Below the pieces are notes generated by a model. The model was not told where the DNA came from, did not search any database, and saw nothing but the letters and a program-made list of their open reading frames with translations. A DNA stretch of 64,000 nt from Candidatus Bathyarchaeota archaeon (GTDB taxonomy: Archaea; Thermoproteota; Bathyarchaeia; Bathyarchaeales; Bathycorpusculaceae): assembly GCA_963739305.1 (NCBI GenBank), contig CAVTZU010000028.1, forward strand, positions 1-64,000, written 5' to 3'. A program made the position numbers and the translations under genes. Each line of letters begins with the position of its first letter. The first letter of the stretch is position 1. This document shows, in pieces, positions 1 to 9,907 of this stretch.

Positions 1-46
1 GTTTTAAGCTTCAACTTCTATTTCGCGTTGTAAGAGGTTGAAACGC

Positions 47-847
47 ATGGGTGAGTTGGTTTTCATCGGCCTTGGTCTCAACGATGATCTGGGAATCAGT
101 CTTAGAGGGCTAGATGAGACCAGATCTGCTGATCACGTCTTCATCGAACTCTACACTAGTCTCTTACCTGAATTCTCTATCAACCGTTTTACCGAGCTAT
201 CTGGGAAGACGCCAAAGCCCGTCACGAGGAACGAGCTTGAAGATAAGAACGGAGAATTGATACTTAATGCCGCGCAATCCGGCAAGACCGTATTGCTTGT
301 GCCAGGAGACCCACTCATTGCAACAACGCACGTTGCTCTAAGGATCGCGGCTGAGAAGCGCAAGATAAGAACGCGAATAATCCATGGGGCATCGATTCTT
401 TCTGCAGCGATCGGCCTATCGGGGTTGCACAATTATAAATTCGGAAAGAGCGTGACCATACCTTTTCCGGACGAGACGCCGTCCACAACACCTTATGAGG
501 TTATCACTGAAAACAGGAAACGTGATCTTCATACTCTCTGTCTTCTGGACATTAGACCAGAGGAAAAAAGATATCTTACGATCAATGAAGGTTTGAGAGA
601 ACTGCTCAGAGTTGAGAAAATGAAGAATGAAAGGACAATAGATGACGAAGCCATCACGGTTGGAGTTGCTAGAGCCGGGAGCATTCAGCCAAAAGTGAAG
701 GCGGGATCAGTCAAAGAGCTTCTAGACTACGACTTCGGGTCTCCGCCTCACACGCTCATCTTCCCTGGAAAACTTCATTTCATGGAAGTCGACGCTCTAA
801 TCACTCTAGCAGGTGCACCTGAAACGTTGAGAAGGCTTTCAGAATGA
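47..847 (+). CDS. dph5: diphthine synthase
   Basis: LVFIGLGL, ELYTS, GDPLIATTH and YKFGKSVTIP motifs; ATG at 47 (track starts at TTG 38). Confidence 0.95.
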   Translation: MGELVFIGLGLNDDLGISLRGLDETRSADHVFIELYTSLLPEFSINRFTELSGKTPKPVTRNELEDKNGELILNAAQSGKTVLLVPGDPLIATTHVALRIAAEKRKIRTRIIHGASILSAAIGLSGLHNYKFGKSVTIPFPDETPSTTPYEVITENRKRDLHTLCLLDIRPEEKRYLTINEGLRELLRVEKMKNERTIDDEAITVGVARAGSIQPKVKAGSVKELLDYDFGSPPHTLIFPGKLHFMEVDALITLAGAPETLRRLSE

Positions 848-1140
848 GTCTGGAAGAACTAGTGACTAAGTACATCAACTCATCGACGCATGTCCTACGC
901 GAGATGAAATCCACCGAAAAATCCTTCATCGTCGAAGTGGACAAAGTCAAGGAAGTCTTAAGATGGGCCCGAGCCTACCTTGAAGATGCTGAGCATTTCA
1001 GAGAAAAGAAGAAATTCAACGTGAGCCTAACCTCTGTAGCCTATTGTGAAGGTTTGCTCGATGCCTTACGACTATTGGGAGCAGTGAGCTTTGAATGGCC
1101 AGAAACAACAAGGGACGAAGAAAAAGAAAGACAGTTCTAG
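844..1140 (+). CDS. DUF357 family protein
   Basis: AYLEDAEHF...YCEGLLDALRLLG signature; usual dph5 neighbour. Confidence 0.85.
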   Translation: MSLEELVTKYINSSTHVLREMKSTEKSFIVEVDKVKEVLRWARAYLEDAEHFREKKKFNVSLTSVAYCEGLLDALRLLGAVSFEWPETTRDEEKERQF

Positions 1141-1571
1141 CCTCAGGCGTCTTTGACCTACTCCACCTTGGTCACGTGCGCTTTCTAGAGGCTGCGAAAA
1201 AGACAGGAGGCCCGAACGCAAAGCTCGTTGTCGTGGTGGCAAGAGATAGCACTGTTGAAAGGAAAAAAGGCAAGAAACCCGTTATGCCAGAGTATCAACG
1301 CTGCGCGTTGGTGGCATCTTTGAAGGTGGTTGATCAGGCTATTCTTGGCCATAAGAATCTTGATATGGCCAAGGTTCTTGAAGAGATCAAGCCGGACATC
1401 GTCGCGCTTGGTTATGACAGTCACATCAGTAGTCTTGAGCGATCCGTTGATAGCGCCATCAAAAAGGAAGGGCTAAAGATTGAGGTTGCGAAGATCGCCA
1501 AGTTCAGTTCAGATGAGCTGGATAGTTCTTCGAAGATCAAGCAGAGAATCGTCGAGCAAGTTCAAAGATGA
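1095..1571 (+). CDS. ribL: FAD synthase (cytidylyltransferase family)
   Basis: GVFDLLHLGH (HxGH), VVVARD, PDIVALGYD. Confidence 0.85.
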   Translation: MARNNKGRRKRKTVLASGVFDLLHLGHVRFLEAAKKTGGPNAKLVVVVARDSTVERKKGKKPVMPEYQRCALVASLKVVDQAILGHKNLDMAKVLEEIKPDIVALGYDSHISSLERSVDSAIKKEGLKIEVAKIAKFSSDELDSSSKIKQRIVEQVQR

Positions 1572-1577
1572 TTAGAG

Positions 1578-2195
1578 ATGTTGAAGAATTCAAGTGAATA
1601 CGCTCCTACCTACGTGCTTATTGCATCAAACGTCGCCATCTACGCCTTCACATCATACCTGAGCGGCAATGCGTTCGAGATGAGCGACTCTGTTCTGATG
1701 CAATATGGGCAAATCAATTCCCTGGTGTTCAGTGGAGAGGTGTGGAGGTTATTCACAGCTATGTTCGTTCACGCAAATATCGCGCACATTGCGGGAAACA
1801 TGCTTGTCCTCTTCATATTCGGGCTTCGAGCCGAAAAAATGTTCGACCTGAAAGAGTATTTGGCAGTGTATCTTCTAAGCGGCTTAGCTGGGGGCTTGCT
1901 TACACTTGTCCCTCTTCTGGGACCCGACATGCTATCAGTGGGCGCATCAGGGGCAATTTTCGGCCTGATAGGGGCAGTCACAGTTTACGCTAGGCGATCG
2001 ATAGGTCAGTCGATAATAAGCGCACTAGTGTTCGTTTTTCTCTTGTTCGCAATCAACCTGGGCCAAAATGTCAATTATTTGGCACATCTTGGTGGCTTAG
2101 GCGCCGGTCTGCTGCTCGGGTATTTGCTGGCGACGACGCGTAAAACACACCAAGCAGTGACGTATGAATACAAATATCCTTCCTCGTACCCATAG
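1578..2195 (+). CDS. rhomboid intramembrane serine protease
   Basis: WRLFTAMFVH, HIAGNM, GASG, AHLGG. Confidence 0.93.
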   Translation: MLKNSSEYAPTYVLIASNVAIYAFTSYLSGNAFEMSDSVLMQYGQINSLVFSGEVWRLFTAMFVHANIAHIAGNMLVLFIFGLRAEKMFDLKEYLAVYLLSGLAGGLLTLVPLLGPDMLSVGASGAIFGLIGAVTVYARRSIGQSIISALVFVFLLFAINLGQNVNYLAHLGGLGAGLLLGYLLATTRKTHQAVTYEYKYPSSYP

Positions 2196-2228
2196 CGACG
2201 TTTCTTTCTAGGAAATGGTTTTCAAAAA

Positions 2229-2918
2229 CTAGGGCAACGTCATGACTTCAACCTTTGCTTTATGCCCGTCCTTCAGGCCAAGATGCTTCCTCAATTGAAC
2301 AGGGGCAATAATCTCTAACACGGAAGCATCATAGTGGCTTCTCAACGCGGATATGAGGGCACCCTTTACTTTGTTCTCGATGATCACAGGATAGCATTTC
2401 ACAGGACCAAAGGTTCGATCTTCATCCTTGAATCCTGCGATCTCTACTGCGGGGTAGCTCTCAAGCTCGTTTCGGGTCTTGATGTCGTACTCCGTTGTCA
2501 GTTTCAAATTAAGGGTGCCTGGATACGGGTCAAAACCCAATTTCTCAATGAACTGTTTTCGGTAAGGCTCCTTAGCGATGTAGTAAGCGCCTTCACCAAG
2601 TCCACTGAAAACCGTGCCCTCCAAAGTTATCGAAGGTGGATAGTTAGCCTCCATCAGAAAATGCAGCGTGGTGTAGAGTTTGCTTAGTTCTTTGGTTCCC
2701 ACATCCGTTATTCGTATCAGGCAACCATCGGGAGTCATTGTTCTTTTGATCCAGCCCATACGATCAAGGTCGATGAGATAGCGTGATGCTGTCTGCTGTG
2801 AAATTTGTAACTTCTGCGCCAAGTATTCAGTGGAGATTTTCGCGGTTCTTCGATGAGCTCCCATCTCAGCCAGTTTGAGTAACGTTAAGATATGTCGATT
2901 CGAATGATCGTCCGTCAC
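2229..2918 (-). CDS. ribK: CTP-dependent riboflavin kinase with N-terminal wHTH (RbkR type)
   Basis: HTH ISQQTASR; SGLGEGAYY, PYPGTLN, LEIIAP. Confidence 0.93.
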   Translation of the reverse strand: MTDDHSNRHILTLLKLAEMGAHRRTAKISTEYLAQKLQISQQTASRYLIDLDRMGWIKRTMTPDGCLIRITDVGTKELSKLYTTLHFLMEANYPPSITLEGTVFSGLGEGAYYIAKEPYRKQFIEKLGFDPYPGTLNLKLTTEYDIKTRNELESYPAVEIAGFKDEDRTFGPVKCYPVIIENKVKGALISALRSHYDASVLEIIAPVQLRKHLGLKDGHKAKVEVMTLP

Positions 2919-3065
2919 AGGGGAGCCTCGATCTAGAGTAGTACAGATTCAAGACTTTTATATTTAAGCGGCTCGAACACTCCCTGAAAACGAACAGTAA
3001 TGACCTCAGACCATTAAGGACACAGTCTAGACATGTTTATACAATCCATACGTAAACCTTATTTT

Positions 3066-3079
3066 TGAACGATTGTTCA
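3066..3079. promoter_or_regulatory. palindrome TGAAC-N4-GTTCA, candidate operator
   Basis: perfect 5-bp arms directly after a TATA-like AAACCTTATTTTT, about 30 bp before the GTG at 3108. Confidence 0.4.
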
Positions 3080-3107
3080 TACTTCAATTCCTAGGAAGGA
3101 GATCTAC

Positions 3108-3284
3108 GTGAAGGCATTGAATGTGGCTGCTCTAGCGCTGGACGCTGCTCTGTACGTAGTGTTTGGCTACATCTTCTATAGCATTCTCCCCTTACAAGCA
3201 CCAGGGCTAGGGACAGTTAGATCCTGGCCACAGGTGATTGGACCGGCAGGGTTTGCAGCGCTTTTTGGCACGGCCGAAAAATAG
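3108..3284 (+). pseudogene. 58-aa truncated ECF S-component paralog
   Basis: SD AGGAAGGAG then MKALNVAALALDAALYVVFG...VRSWPQVIGPAGFAALFG*, which aligns with the N-terminus of the next gene; below the ORF-track cut-off. Confidence 0.65.
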
Positions 3285-3296
3285 GGGCGGTAAGCG

Positions 3297-4061
3297 ACGA
3301 AAACCTCGGATGTTGCTGTAATAGGTATGTGCGCTGCGGCATATGCTGTGATTGGACGGTTGACCGACTTTGGCATCACTTTTGTAGGTGTAGCCTTTTG
3401 GCCTGCCGCTGTTATACCTGCCATTTTCGCCGTTCTGTATGGACCTTGGGTCGGGGGGACCGGTGCGGCCATAGGCATTTTCGCTAGGGACATGCTTTTC
3501 CATGGAGACCCTTTACTGAGTCTCACCGCTGGTGTCACCTCCAATTTTGTCATGTTCTTTATCATTGGTCATGTTTCACAGAGAAGCCTAGATTCGAAAA
3601 AGCTGGTATTGAGCACGGCGTTGGCTGGCGTGATCGTGGCTGGTGGTTTATTGCTGCCAACCCTATTGTTGCCCAACCAATTCGTGGGTTTCACAGGTCT
3701 GTCAACTTGGGAGATTGTTGCCATATTTGTTGTGACTGTCATCGTAAGTTTGAGTGTGATACTGATCGTTTCGAGGCGCTGGCGTGAATGGAGAAGTTAT
3801 GGGGTGGGGTCAGTGATTGGACAAGGCGTTGGAGCAGCAATCGTGGCGGTTGGAGTGTGGGGCTACAGTCAGTTTTTCTTTTCGGCGACGGCGTACTTCA
3901 AGAACCCTATTCAGGCTTCGTTTATTCCGATAATTTTCATCTGGACTTTTGCGACGGAGATACCGTTCGTCTTGCTCGCAGGTCCACCTGTAATTAAAGC
4001 GTGTTACCGTGCTTTTCCCTCTCTTGGGCTTAAGAAAAAAGCTGAAGAAAGAGGAAAATAA
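3297..4061 (+). CDS. ECF transporter substrate-specific (S) component, possibly for pantothenate or a related vitamin
   Basis: multi-TM protein with FWPAAVIPAIFAVLYGPWVGG motif; operonic with PoK and PPAT; first ATG at 3327, but homology extends to ACG 3297. Confidence 0.75.
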   Translation, partial: TKTSDVAVIGMCAAAYAVIGRLTDFGITFVGVAFWPAAVIPAIFAVLYGPWVGGTGAAIGIFARDMLFHGDPLLSLTAGVTSNFVMFFIIGHVSQRSLDSKKLVLSTALAGVIVAGGLLLPTLLLPNQFVGFTGLSTWEIVAIFVVTVIVSLSVILIVSRRWREWRSYGVGSVIGQGVGAAIVAVGVWGYSQFFFSATAYFKNPIQASFIPIIFIWTFATEIPFVLLAGPPVIKACYRAFPSLGLKKKAEERGK

Positions 4062-4997
4062 TTGTCAGCGAAGACAGCGAGGGCATTCGCTCCCGCGGGA
4101 ATTTCGAGTTTTTTTGAGATATGCGACACGTTGGAAGATGGAAGACCAATCGCAGATCTGCAAAGGATAGGGGCCAGGGGCGGCGGCTTCGTAATCGAAA
4201 AAGGAGTGACAACTGAAATCAGCATCGCATCTGCGGAAGAAAGCAAGATGCAAGTCGAGATAAATAAGCAACACACCTCCGAAGCCGAGACGACTAGTAC
4301 TGTGGTGAGAATGCTTCTGCAACAGGCTAATTCAACTTTCGATGTCAAAGTCAAACATCAAATCGAAGTTCCCATCGGAGCGGGATTCGGAACCAGCGCC
4401 GCGGGCGCCTTGAGCACGGCGTTGGCTTTGTCGAAAGCCTTGGGCCTGAACCATACCTACAACGAGCTGGGACAGATTGCCCACGCTGCCGAGATCGAAT
4501 GCAAAACCGGACTCGGAACCGTGGGTCCATTGATGATTGGCGGGTGCATACTCACGGTTGAGCCAGGCGCGCCAGGAAAGGCGGTTATAGACCGAATCCC
4601 TCTTACACCAAATCACGTCATCGTCGCGGGAATGCTGGAGGGCATACCAACGAAGAGTGTCCTATCCTCGTCTGAAAAACGATATGCGATCAACAAGAGC
4701 GGCAGAAAGACGCTGCAAAAAATCCTGTCAAATCCTTCACTTGACAACTTCATGCACTCCTGCCGAAATTTTGCGGAAGAAACAGGGTTTATGAACGGCA
4801 GGTTACGAGAGCTAGCAAATCTGGGAGAAAGAGCAGGGGCAATAGGTGTTGCCCAGAACATGGTAGGCCAAGTGATTCATGCGCTAACGACATCGGAAAA
4901 CGCAAATAGAGTTGCTCAAGCTTTTATGCAACTGCTTCCTCAGGAAAGAATCATCATATCAAAAATCGACTTTCAGGGCGCAAGATTGCTAGGATGA
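4062..4997 (+). CDS. pantoate kinase (GHMP kinase family)
   Basis: AFAPAGISSFF, PIGAGFGTSAA, AHAAEI..KTGLGTV, QNMVG. Confidence 0.9.
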   Translation: MSAKTARAFAPAGISSFFEICDTLEDGRPIADLQRIGARGGGFVIEKGVTTEISIASAEESKMQVEINKQHTSEAETTSTVVRMLLQQANSTFDVKVKHQIEVPIGAGFGTSAAGALSTALALSKALGLNHTYNELGQIAHAAEIECKTGLGTVGPLMIGGCILTVEPGAPGKAVIDRIPLTPNHVIVAGMLEGIPTKSVLSSSEKRYAINKSGRKTLQKILSNPSLDNFMHSCRNFAEETGFMNGRLRELANLGERAGAIGVAQNMVGQVIHALTTSENANRVAQAFMQLLPQERIIISKIDFQGARLLG

Positions 4998-5004
4998 GCT
5001 GAGA

Positions 5005-5487
5005 ATGAGGAAATACAAGACCGTGGCTGTTGGCGGCACATTTGACGAACTCCACAGAGGACACAAGACACTGCTCATGAAAGCCTTTGAAATCGGCGAC
5101 CAGGTCGTGATCGGTCTTAGCACCGACGAGTTTGCCAAGAAAATGATGAAACCGCACGCCGTTGCAACTTACGAAGAACGACTGAAGGATCTGCAAAGTT
5201 TTCTTCTGGAGCACAGCTGGGCAAAGCGTGCAAAAATAGTTCCTCTAAACGACTCACTTGGACCCATAGCAAAAAGCGATGGTGTCAACGCTCTCGTCGT
5301 AAGCAGAGAGACCGAAACCACGGCAGCAGAAATCAACAGGAAAAGGAAAGAAAGACAACTGCCTTCACTGAAGATCGAAGTTATCAATATGGTCCCTTCC
5401 GAAAATCACATACCGATCTCCACCACTCGGATAAGAAGCGGAGAAATAGACCGAGAAGGACACGTTTTAAAGCAGAAGATCTCTTAA
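5005..5487 (+). CDS. coaD: phosphopantetheine adenylyltransferase
   Basis: VAVGGTFDELHRGH, LVVSRET, PISTTRIRSGEID. Confidence 0.92.
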   Translation: MRKYKTVAVGGTFDELHRGHKTLLMKAFEIGDQVVIGLSTDEFAKKMMKPHAVATYEERLKDLQSFLLEHSWAKRAKIVPLNDSLGPIAKSDGVNALVVSRETETTAAEINRKRKERQLPSLKIEVINMVPSENHIPISTTRIRSGEIDREGHVLKQKIS

Positions 5488-5524
5488 CCCTATTTCTCAG
5501 CAAAGCACTAGAAGAGATTTAGAC

Positions 5525-6668
5525 GTGCATAGAACAGGGTTCGCTAAACTTCCACTTCACTACGGAAAAGCCCCAAGATACCTAATTGTCCGAATGCGCA
5601 AACTCGCGAAAGAAATCGTTACAATAATAATAGAAGAGTATGGATCTGATGACTTCCTGAGACGAATATCAGATCCCTTTTGGTTCCAAGCGCTCGGTTG
5701 TGTTCTAGGGTATGACTGGCACTCCTCAGGCGTGACCACCGTCCTTACAGGAACCTTAAAGCAGGCAATAATCCCAGAAGAACTTGGAGTAGCTGTGTGC
5801 GGTGGAAAAGGCAGAGTCTCCAAGCTGGCTCCTGAAGAAATCCAGGCAACCGGCGAAAAGTTCGGTTTTTCGGATGATAACATCGAATCTCTGCGATACG
5901 CGAGCAAACTAAGTGCAAAGGTAGATAACGCCGCGGTTCAGGCAGGATACCAGCTGTACCATCACGCTTTCTTCATGACTGAAAACAAGAAATGGGCCGT
6001 GGTGCAGCAGGGCATGTGTGCACAAGATCGAACGGCGCGACGTTACCACTGGCTCTCTGAAAAAACCCAAAAATTCGTTGTGGAACCGCACAACGCAATC
6101 GTTGGTGAAGCAAAACGCCAAGTAGTCTTGAACATGACGGCCAAGGAAAGCGAAGGGTCAAGGAACGCCTCGGTTGACGTGGCAAAAGAACCAACCAAGA
6201 GGTTGATGAGGATGGTCGTTTCTGCGAGACCTGAATTTCAAAAAAGCTTGACCGAATGGATACCCACAGAAGCAAATCCCGCTTTGGGAAGAGGATTCCC
6301 TGAGTATCTTTCGATGCCTTGGAACATAAACTGGAAAACCATGGAAAAAGTGTACGAGTTCCAGCCACGCAATTACGAAGAATTGTTGGGCTTCAAAGGT
6401 GTAGGGCCCGCTTCGGTGAGAGGACTCGCCTTGATCGCGGAGCTTATTTACGGGGAAAAGCCAAGTTGGAGAGATCCCGTGAAGTATTCCTTTGCATACG
6501 GTGGAAAGGATGGAGTGCCCTTTCCTGTTGATCGAAAAGCGATGGACGAATCGATTCAAATTCTCAGACAGTCAGTTCAGGAAGCGAAGAATAGGCGAGA
6601 ATGAGAAAATTCGATCTCTGCGGAGACTCAGAGAGCTCGTTCCCACAAGCTTTAGTCAAGACATATAA
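5525..6668 (+). CDS. DUF763 family protein, +1 frameshift near the C-terminus
   Basis: LPLHYGKAP, DWHSSG, GGKDGVP; called ORF ends at 6604, but removing one A at ~6590 gives AK-IGENEKIRSLRRLRELV, ending at 6668. Confidence 0.85.
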
Positions 6669-6721
6669 CCGCTTTCCTCATCACTTTAGATCATGTTGGC
6701 ATCACTGTGAGGTAAAGTGTC

Positions 6722-7354
6722 ATGAAATCTGAAGAGAAGTTGCGACTCGAAATATCTGGCTTATGTGGGATGTTTGCGCCGATAGTTGCGTTCGGTTGCA
6801 TTTTGCTTTCAATTGGGTATGCACCGAATTTCAGTTGGACAGATAACGCACTTAGCGACCTTGGTGTAATGGCGAATCCAACGTCAACTGTGTTCAACCT
6901 GGGACTGATTATTGGCGGGATACTTGCTATCGTATTCGCATCTGGACTGTTCATATTCTTCAGTGGAAGACTGGCCGGTCGGGTTGGGACCTTGCTGTTT
7001 TTGCTTGACACTCTGGCGTTGACTGGAATCGGAATCTTTCCGGAGAGTTCGGGGGCAATGCACTTGTATGCTTCTGTTGTCTTCTTTGCACTTTTCCCAT
7101 TGGCAATGTTTTTCATGACGGCTGCGTTCGTTCTTGCATCAAAAAACGGAATGGCTTGGTTTACCTTCCTCGTTTCAGTGTTTTCAGCCGTCGTGTGGAT
7201 TTCAGAGTTCTGGGTTCGTTACGTGCCAGGTGTGGCAATTCCCGAGACTCTCTCTGCGCTGGCAGCCTCTGTATGGGCAATCGTTGTCGGCTCCAGAATG
7301 CTGAGTACAAGGAAGAGTCCGAAAAAAATGTCAAACGATATGGCGAGTTTGTGA
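6722..7354 (+). CDS. DUF998 membrane protein
   Basis: FSWTDNALSDLG, GIGIFPE, several TM segments. Confidence 0.85.
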   Translation: MKSEEKLRLEISGLCGMFAPIVAFGCILLSIGYAPNFSWTDNALSDLGVMANPTSTVFNLGLIIGGILAIVFASGLFIFFSGRLAGRVGTLLFLLDTLALTGIGIFPESSGAMHLYASVVFFALFPLAMFFMTAAFVLASKNGMAWFTFLVSVFSAVVWISEFWVRYVPGVAIPETLSALAASVWAIVVGSRMLSTRKSPKKMSNDMASL

Positions 7355-7489
7355 AAACCAGAATATGATTAGAAAGCTTCGAACCGATTCGAAATTCAGA
7401 TACGAACGCGACAGTTTGGCTGTTGTTTAGAGAAACGTATTAAGGCAACACCTCCAGAAACGTATGTTTCACCTAATGAAGGACTGCAT

Positions 7490-8263
7490 ATGGCAATGGA
7501 CGCTGTCAAAGTGGAAGGACTCGTGGTCAGTTATGGTTCTTTCGTTGCAGTTGAAGGCTTGTCTTTCTCTGTGAAGAACGGCGAAATCTACGGACTCCTC
7601 GGTCCGAACGGCGCGGGCAAGACAAGCACGATCAAGGTTCTCGTGGGAGTCCTTCAACCACGTTCTGGCAAAGTGGAAATATACGGCACGCCAATTTCAG
7701 ATGAAGTGGCTGCGAAGAGTCAGATTGGCTATGTCCCAGAAGAAGTTGTGCTTTTGGATTCTTTGACGCCACGAGAATTTTTCGAGTTTGTAACGTCGAT
7801 AAGGCGATTGGACAAAGGAACTGCTAATTCAAAGCTTGAGAGATTTGTTTCGGCCTTTGAGCTTAAGCAATACTTTGACACCCCAATCGCGGCGTTGTCC
7901 ATGGGAAACAAACAGAAAGTCGCCATAGTCGCCGCTCTGCTGCACGATCCCAAATTGCTGATCTTGGATGAACCCTTAATAGGTTTGGACGCGCGTTCCT
8001 CAAAGATACTCAAGGAACTCATAACGTTCCACGCCAAAAAGGGAGGCGCCGTCATATTCTCGACCCACATCATGGAAGTTGCTGAAAAACTCTGCAACAA
8101 AGTTGCGATAATAAACAAAGGAAAAATAGTAGGCGAAGGCACTGTCGACGACCTTCGAAAGCTCGTCAGAACTGCAGGAGGTTCACTTGAAGACATCTTC
8201 TTGAAGGTTACAGAGCAGGAAGCAGGAATGCAGGACGTAATAAAAGCTCTGGAAGAGGAGTAG
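7490..8263 (+). CDS. ABC transporter ATP-binding protein
   Basis: GPNGAGKT, LSMGNKQK, LILDEP, STH. Confidence 0.95.
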   Translation: MAMDAVKVEGLVVSYGSFVAVEGLSFSVKNGEIYGLLGPNGAGKTSTIKVLVGVLQPRSGKVEIYGTPISDEVAAKSQIGYVPEEVVLLDSLTPREFFEFVTSIRRLDKGTANSKLERFVSAFELKQYFDTPIAALSMGNKQKVAIVAALLHDPKLLILDEPLIGLDARSSKILKELITFHAKKGGAVIFSTHIMEVAEKLCNKVAIINKGKIVGEGTVDDLRKLVRTAGGSLEDIFLKVTEQEAGMQDVIKALEEE

Positions 8264-8269
8264 AATCGA

Positions 8270-9907
8270 GTGAAGTTTACTGAACTCTGGAAACTCTCGA
8301 CCAAAGTGTACAAGGAAATCTCATTTCAATCCATTTTTTCACTCCGCTCAGGTTCAGGGTTACCTCAAAGCGGCAGAAGAGACATCAAGCAACTCGTCTC
8401 AAGCGCCAGAGTGAACACTCTGATCAGCAAACTAGTCACTACAATTTTTATAGGGGTGTTTGCTTTCATCGTCTTCCTGCCCGTTGTGATTGGCAGTGGC
8501 GGACCGCCTATGCCGCTGGAGAAAGCACTTCCTGGCGGCGTATCTGCTTTCCTCACTGTTGTATTGTTCCTGATAGTATTCATGGGACTTCAGGTTTCAA
8601 CCTCTTTTGTTTCTTCAAAAATCGTTGACGTGCTCAGTCCACTTCCACTTTCCAAGAATGAAATTTCGCAGGTAATTTTCCTCTGCTTCATCAGGATCTT
8701 CGACATCCCGTTAGTTGCCGCAGGCGTCGTTTTCCTTATCGTCTACTTCTTCATTGGGGGTTCAATCTTCGGCGGTCTCATATCACTCGTAGCCATCGGG
8801 GTCACGGAGATTTTTGCCCTTACCTTCACAGTTGTTTCTGCAAGATTCTTCTATGCGCGAGTCGCAAGGGCACCTGGAAAGTCGATATGGCACACATTCC
8901 TGCGACTTGTCTTCATGCTCGTATGGATTCTGCCGACCTTCGGAGCTTACTTCGTCGTAAATTTCGCGGGCCAAATTGTTGACTTCTTTGCCTACTTGAC
9001 TCAAGGCTTTTCAGCCATTTCTCATCTGCTTGTCTTGATTTACCCCTTCTCCTATGGTTTTCTTGTGTCTTACACAAGCTTCTTTCACACGGTAGACTAT
9101 TTCGCTTTAATTCTATCGATTGGCTCCAGCGCGGCATACGTGGCCTTCGCCTTCTACTGTCTAAGATGGGTAACGAAAACAGTCAGAGAAATCGGAACTG
9201 GAGCAGTAATCAAAGGGGCCAGAGAAGAGGTTAAAGACACGAAGGTCAGTCCCCAAATCCCATGGCTGGGAATCGTTCGCAAAGATTTGAGAGTCGCTTC
9301 AAGAGCACCATCGTTCGCGAGCCTTTTCCTTCTGCCTGTGGCACAGACAACCGTTCTGGCAATAACCTTCTCCTCGTTCAAAGATATCGGGCTGAGCACC
9401 GCTCTGGGCATTTTGACCGGCATCTCAATGATTACTCTTCTTCTTCCCCCAACTTTGCTGTCGATAGAAGGACTGGCCTCTTCCTACACGCGGCATCTTC
9501 CGTTGGGGAAAAGGACGTTGCTCACCGCGAAGACGTTGTTGGCAACAGTCACCTATATCTTCTCGTTACTGATTCTTGCAGTCGTGGCATACGCCCTCGG
9601 GAAGAACTTCTCGTCCATCCTTGCTTTCGGAATGATTCATACCTTCTCAGTTGCAGCAGCAGTTATGCTTGAACTCTCGATTCTCTTGAGAAAGTTCTGG
9701 AAGGAAGGGTTCGCAGTGGGCAACATTTACTCGAGAATCACAACTTACATCATGATCCTAATCCCTGGATACGTAATGGCAGCAATACCGATGATCTGCG
9801 CGATAGCCACGTTCTTCTTGGCGTCGTCCCTAGTTCTTCCTGTTTTCCTGATGGCAGCCTTCACAGAATTCGCCATTATGACGACAATCGTTTTTGTTGA
9901 GAAGTAG
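8270..9907 (+). CDS. ABC-2-type permease-like membrane protein
   Basis: about 12 TM segments; 6 bp downstream of the ABC ATPase. Confidence 0.75.
   Translation: MKFTELWKLSTKVYKEISFQSIFSLRSGSGLPQSGRRDIKQLVSSARVNTLISKLVTTIFIGVFAFIVFLPVVIGSGGPPMPLEKALPGGVSAFLTVVLFLIVFMGLQVSTSFVSSKIVDVLSPLPLSKNEISQVIFLCFIRIFDIPLVAAGVVFLIVYFFIGGSIFGGLISLVAIGVTEIFALTFTVVSARFFYARVARAPGKSIWHTFLRLVFMLVWILPTFGAYFVVNFAGQIVDFFAYLTQGFSAISHLLVLIYPFSYGFLVSYTSFFHTVDYFALILSIGSSAAYVAFAFYCLRWVTKTVREIGTGAVIKGAREEVKDTKVSPQIPWLGIVRKDLRVASRAPSFASLFLLPVAQTTVLAITFSSFKDIGLSTALGILTGISMITLLLPPTLLSIEGLASSYTRHLPLGKRTLLTAKTLLATVTYIFSLLILAVVAYALGKNFSSILAFGMIHTFSVAAAVMLELSILLRKFWKEGFAVGNIYSRITTYIMILIPGYVMAAIPMICAIATFFLASSLVLPVFLMAAFTEFAIMTTIVFVEK

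Noticed and set aside
3282-3293. Pyrrolysine or other readthrough joining the ECF fragment to the next ORF
   Set aside because: An in-frame TAA follows the TAG, and the two parts are duplicate N-termini.
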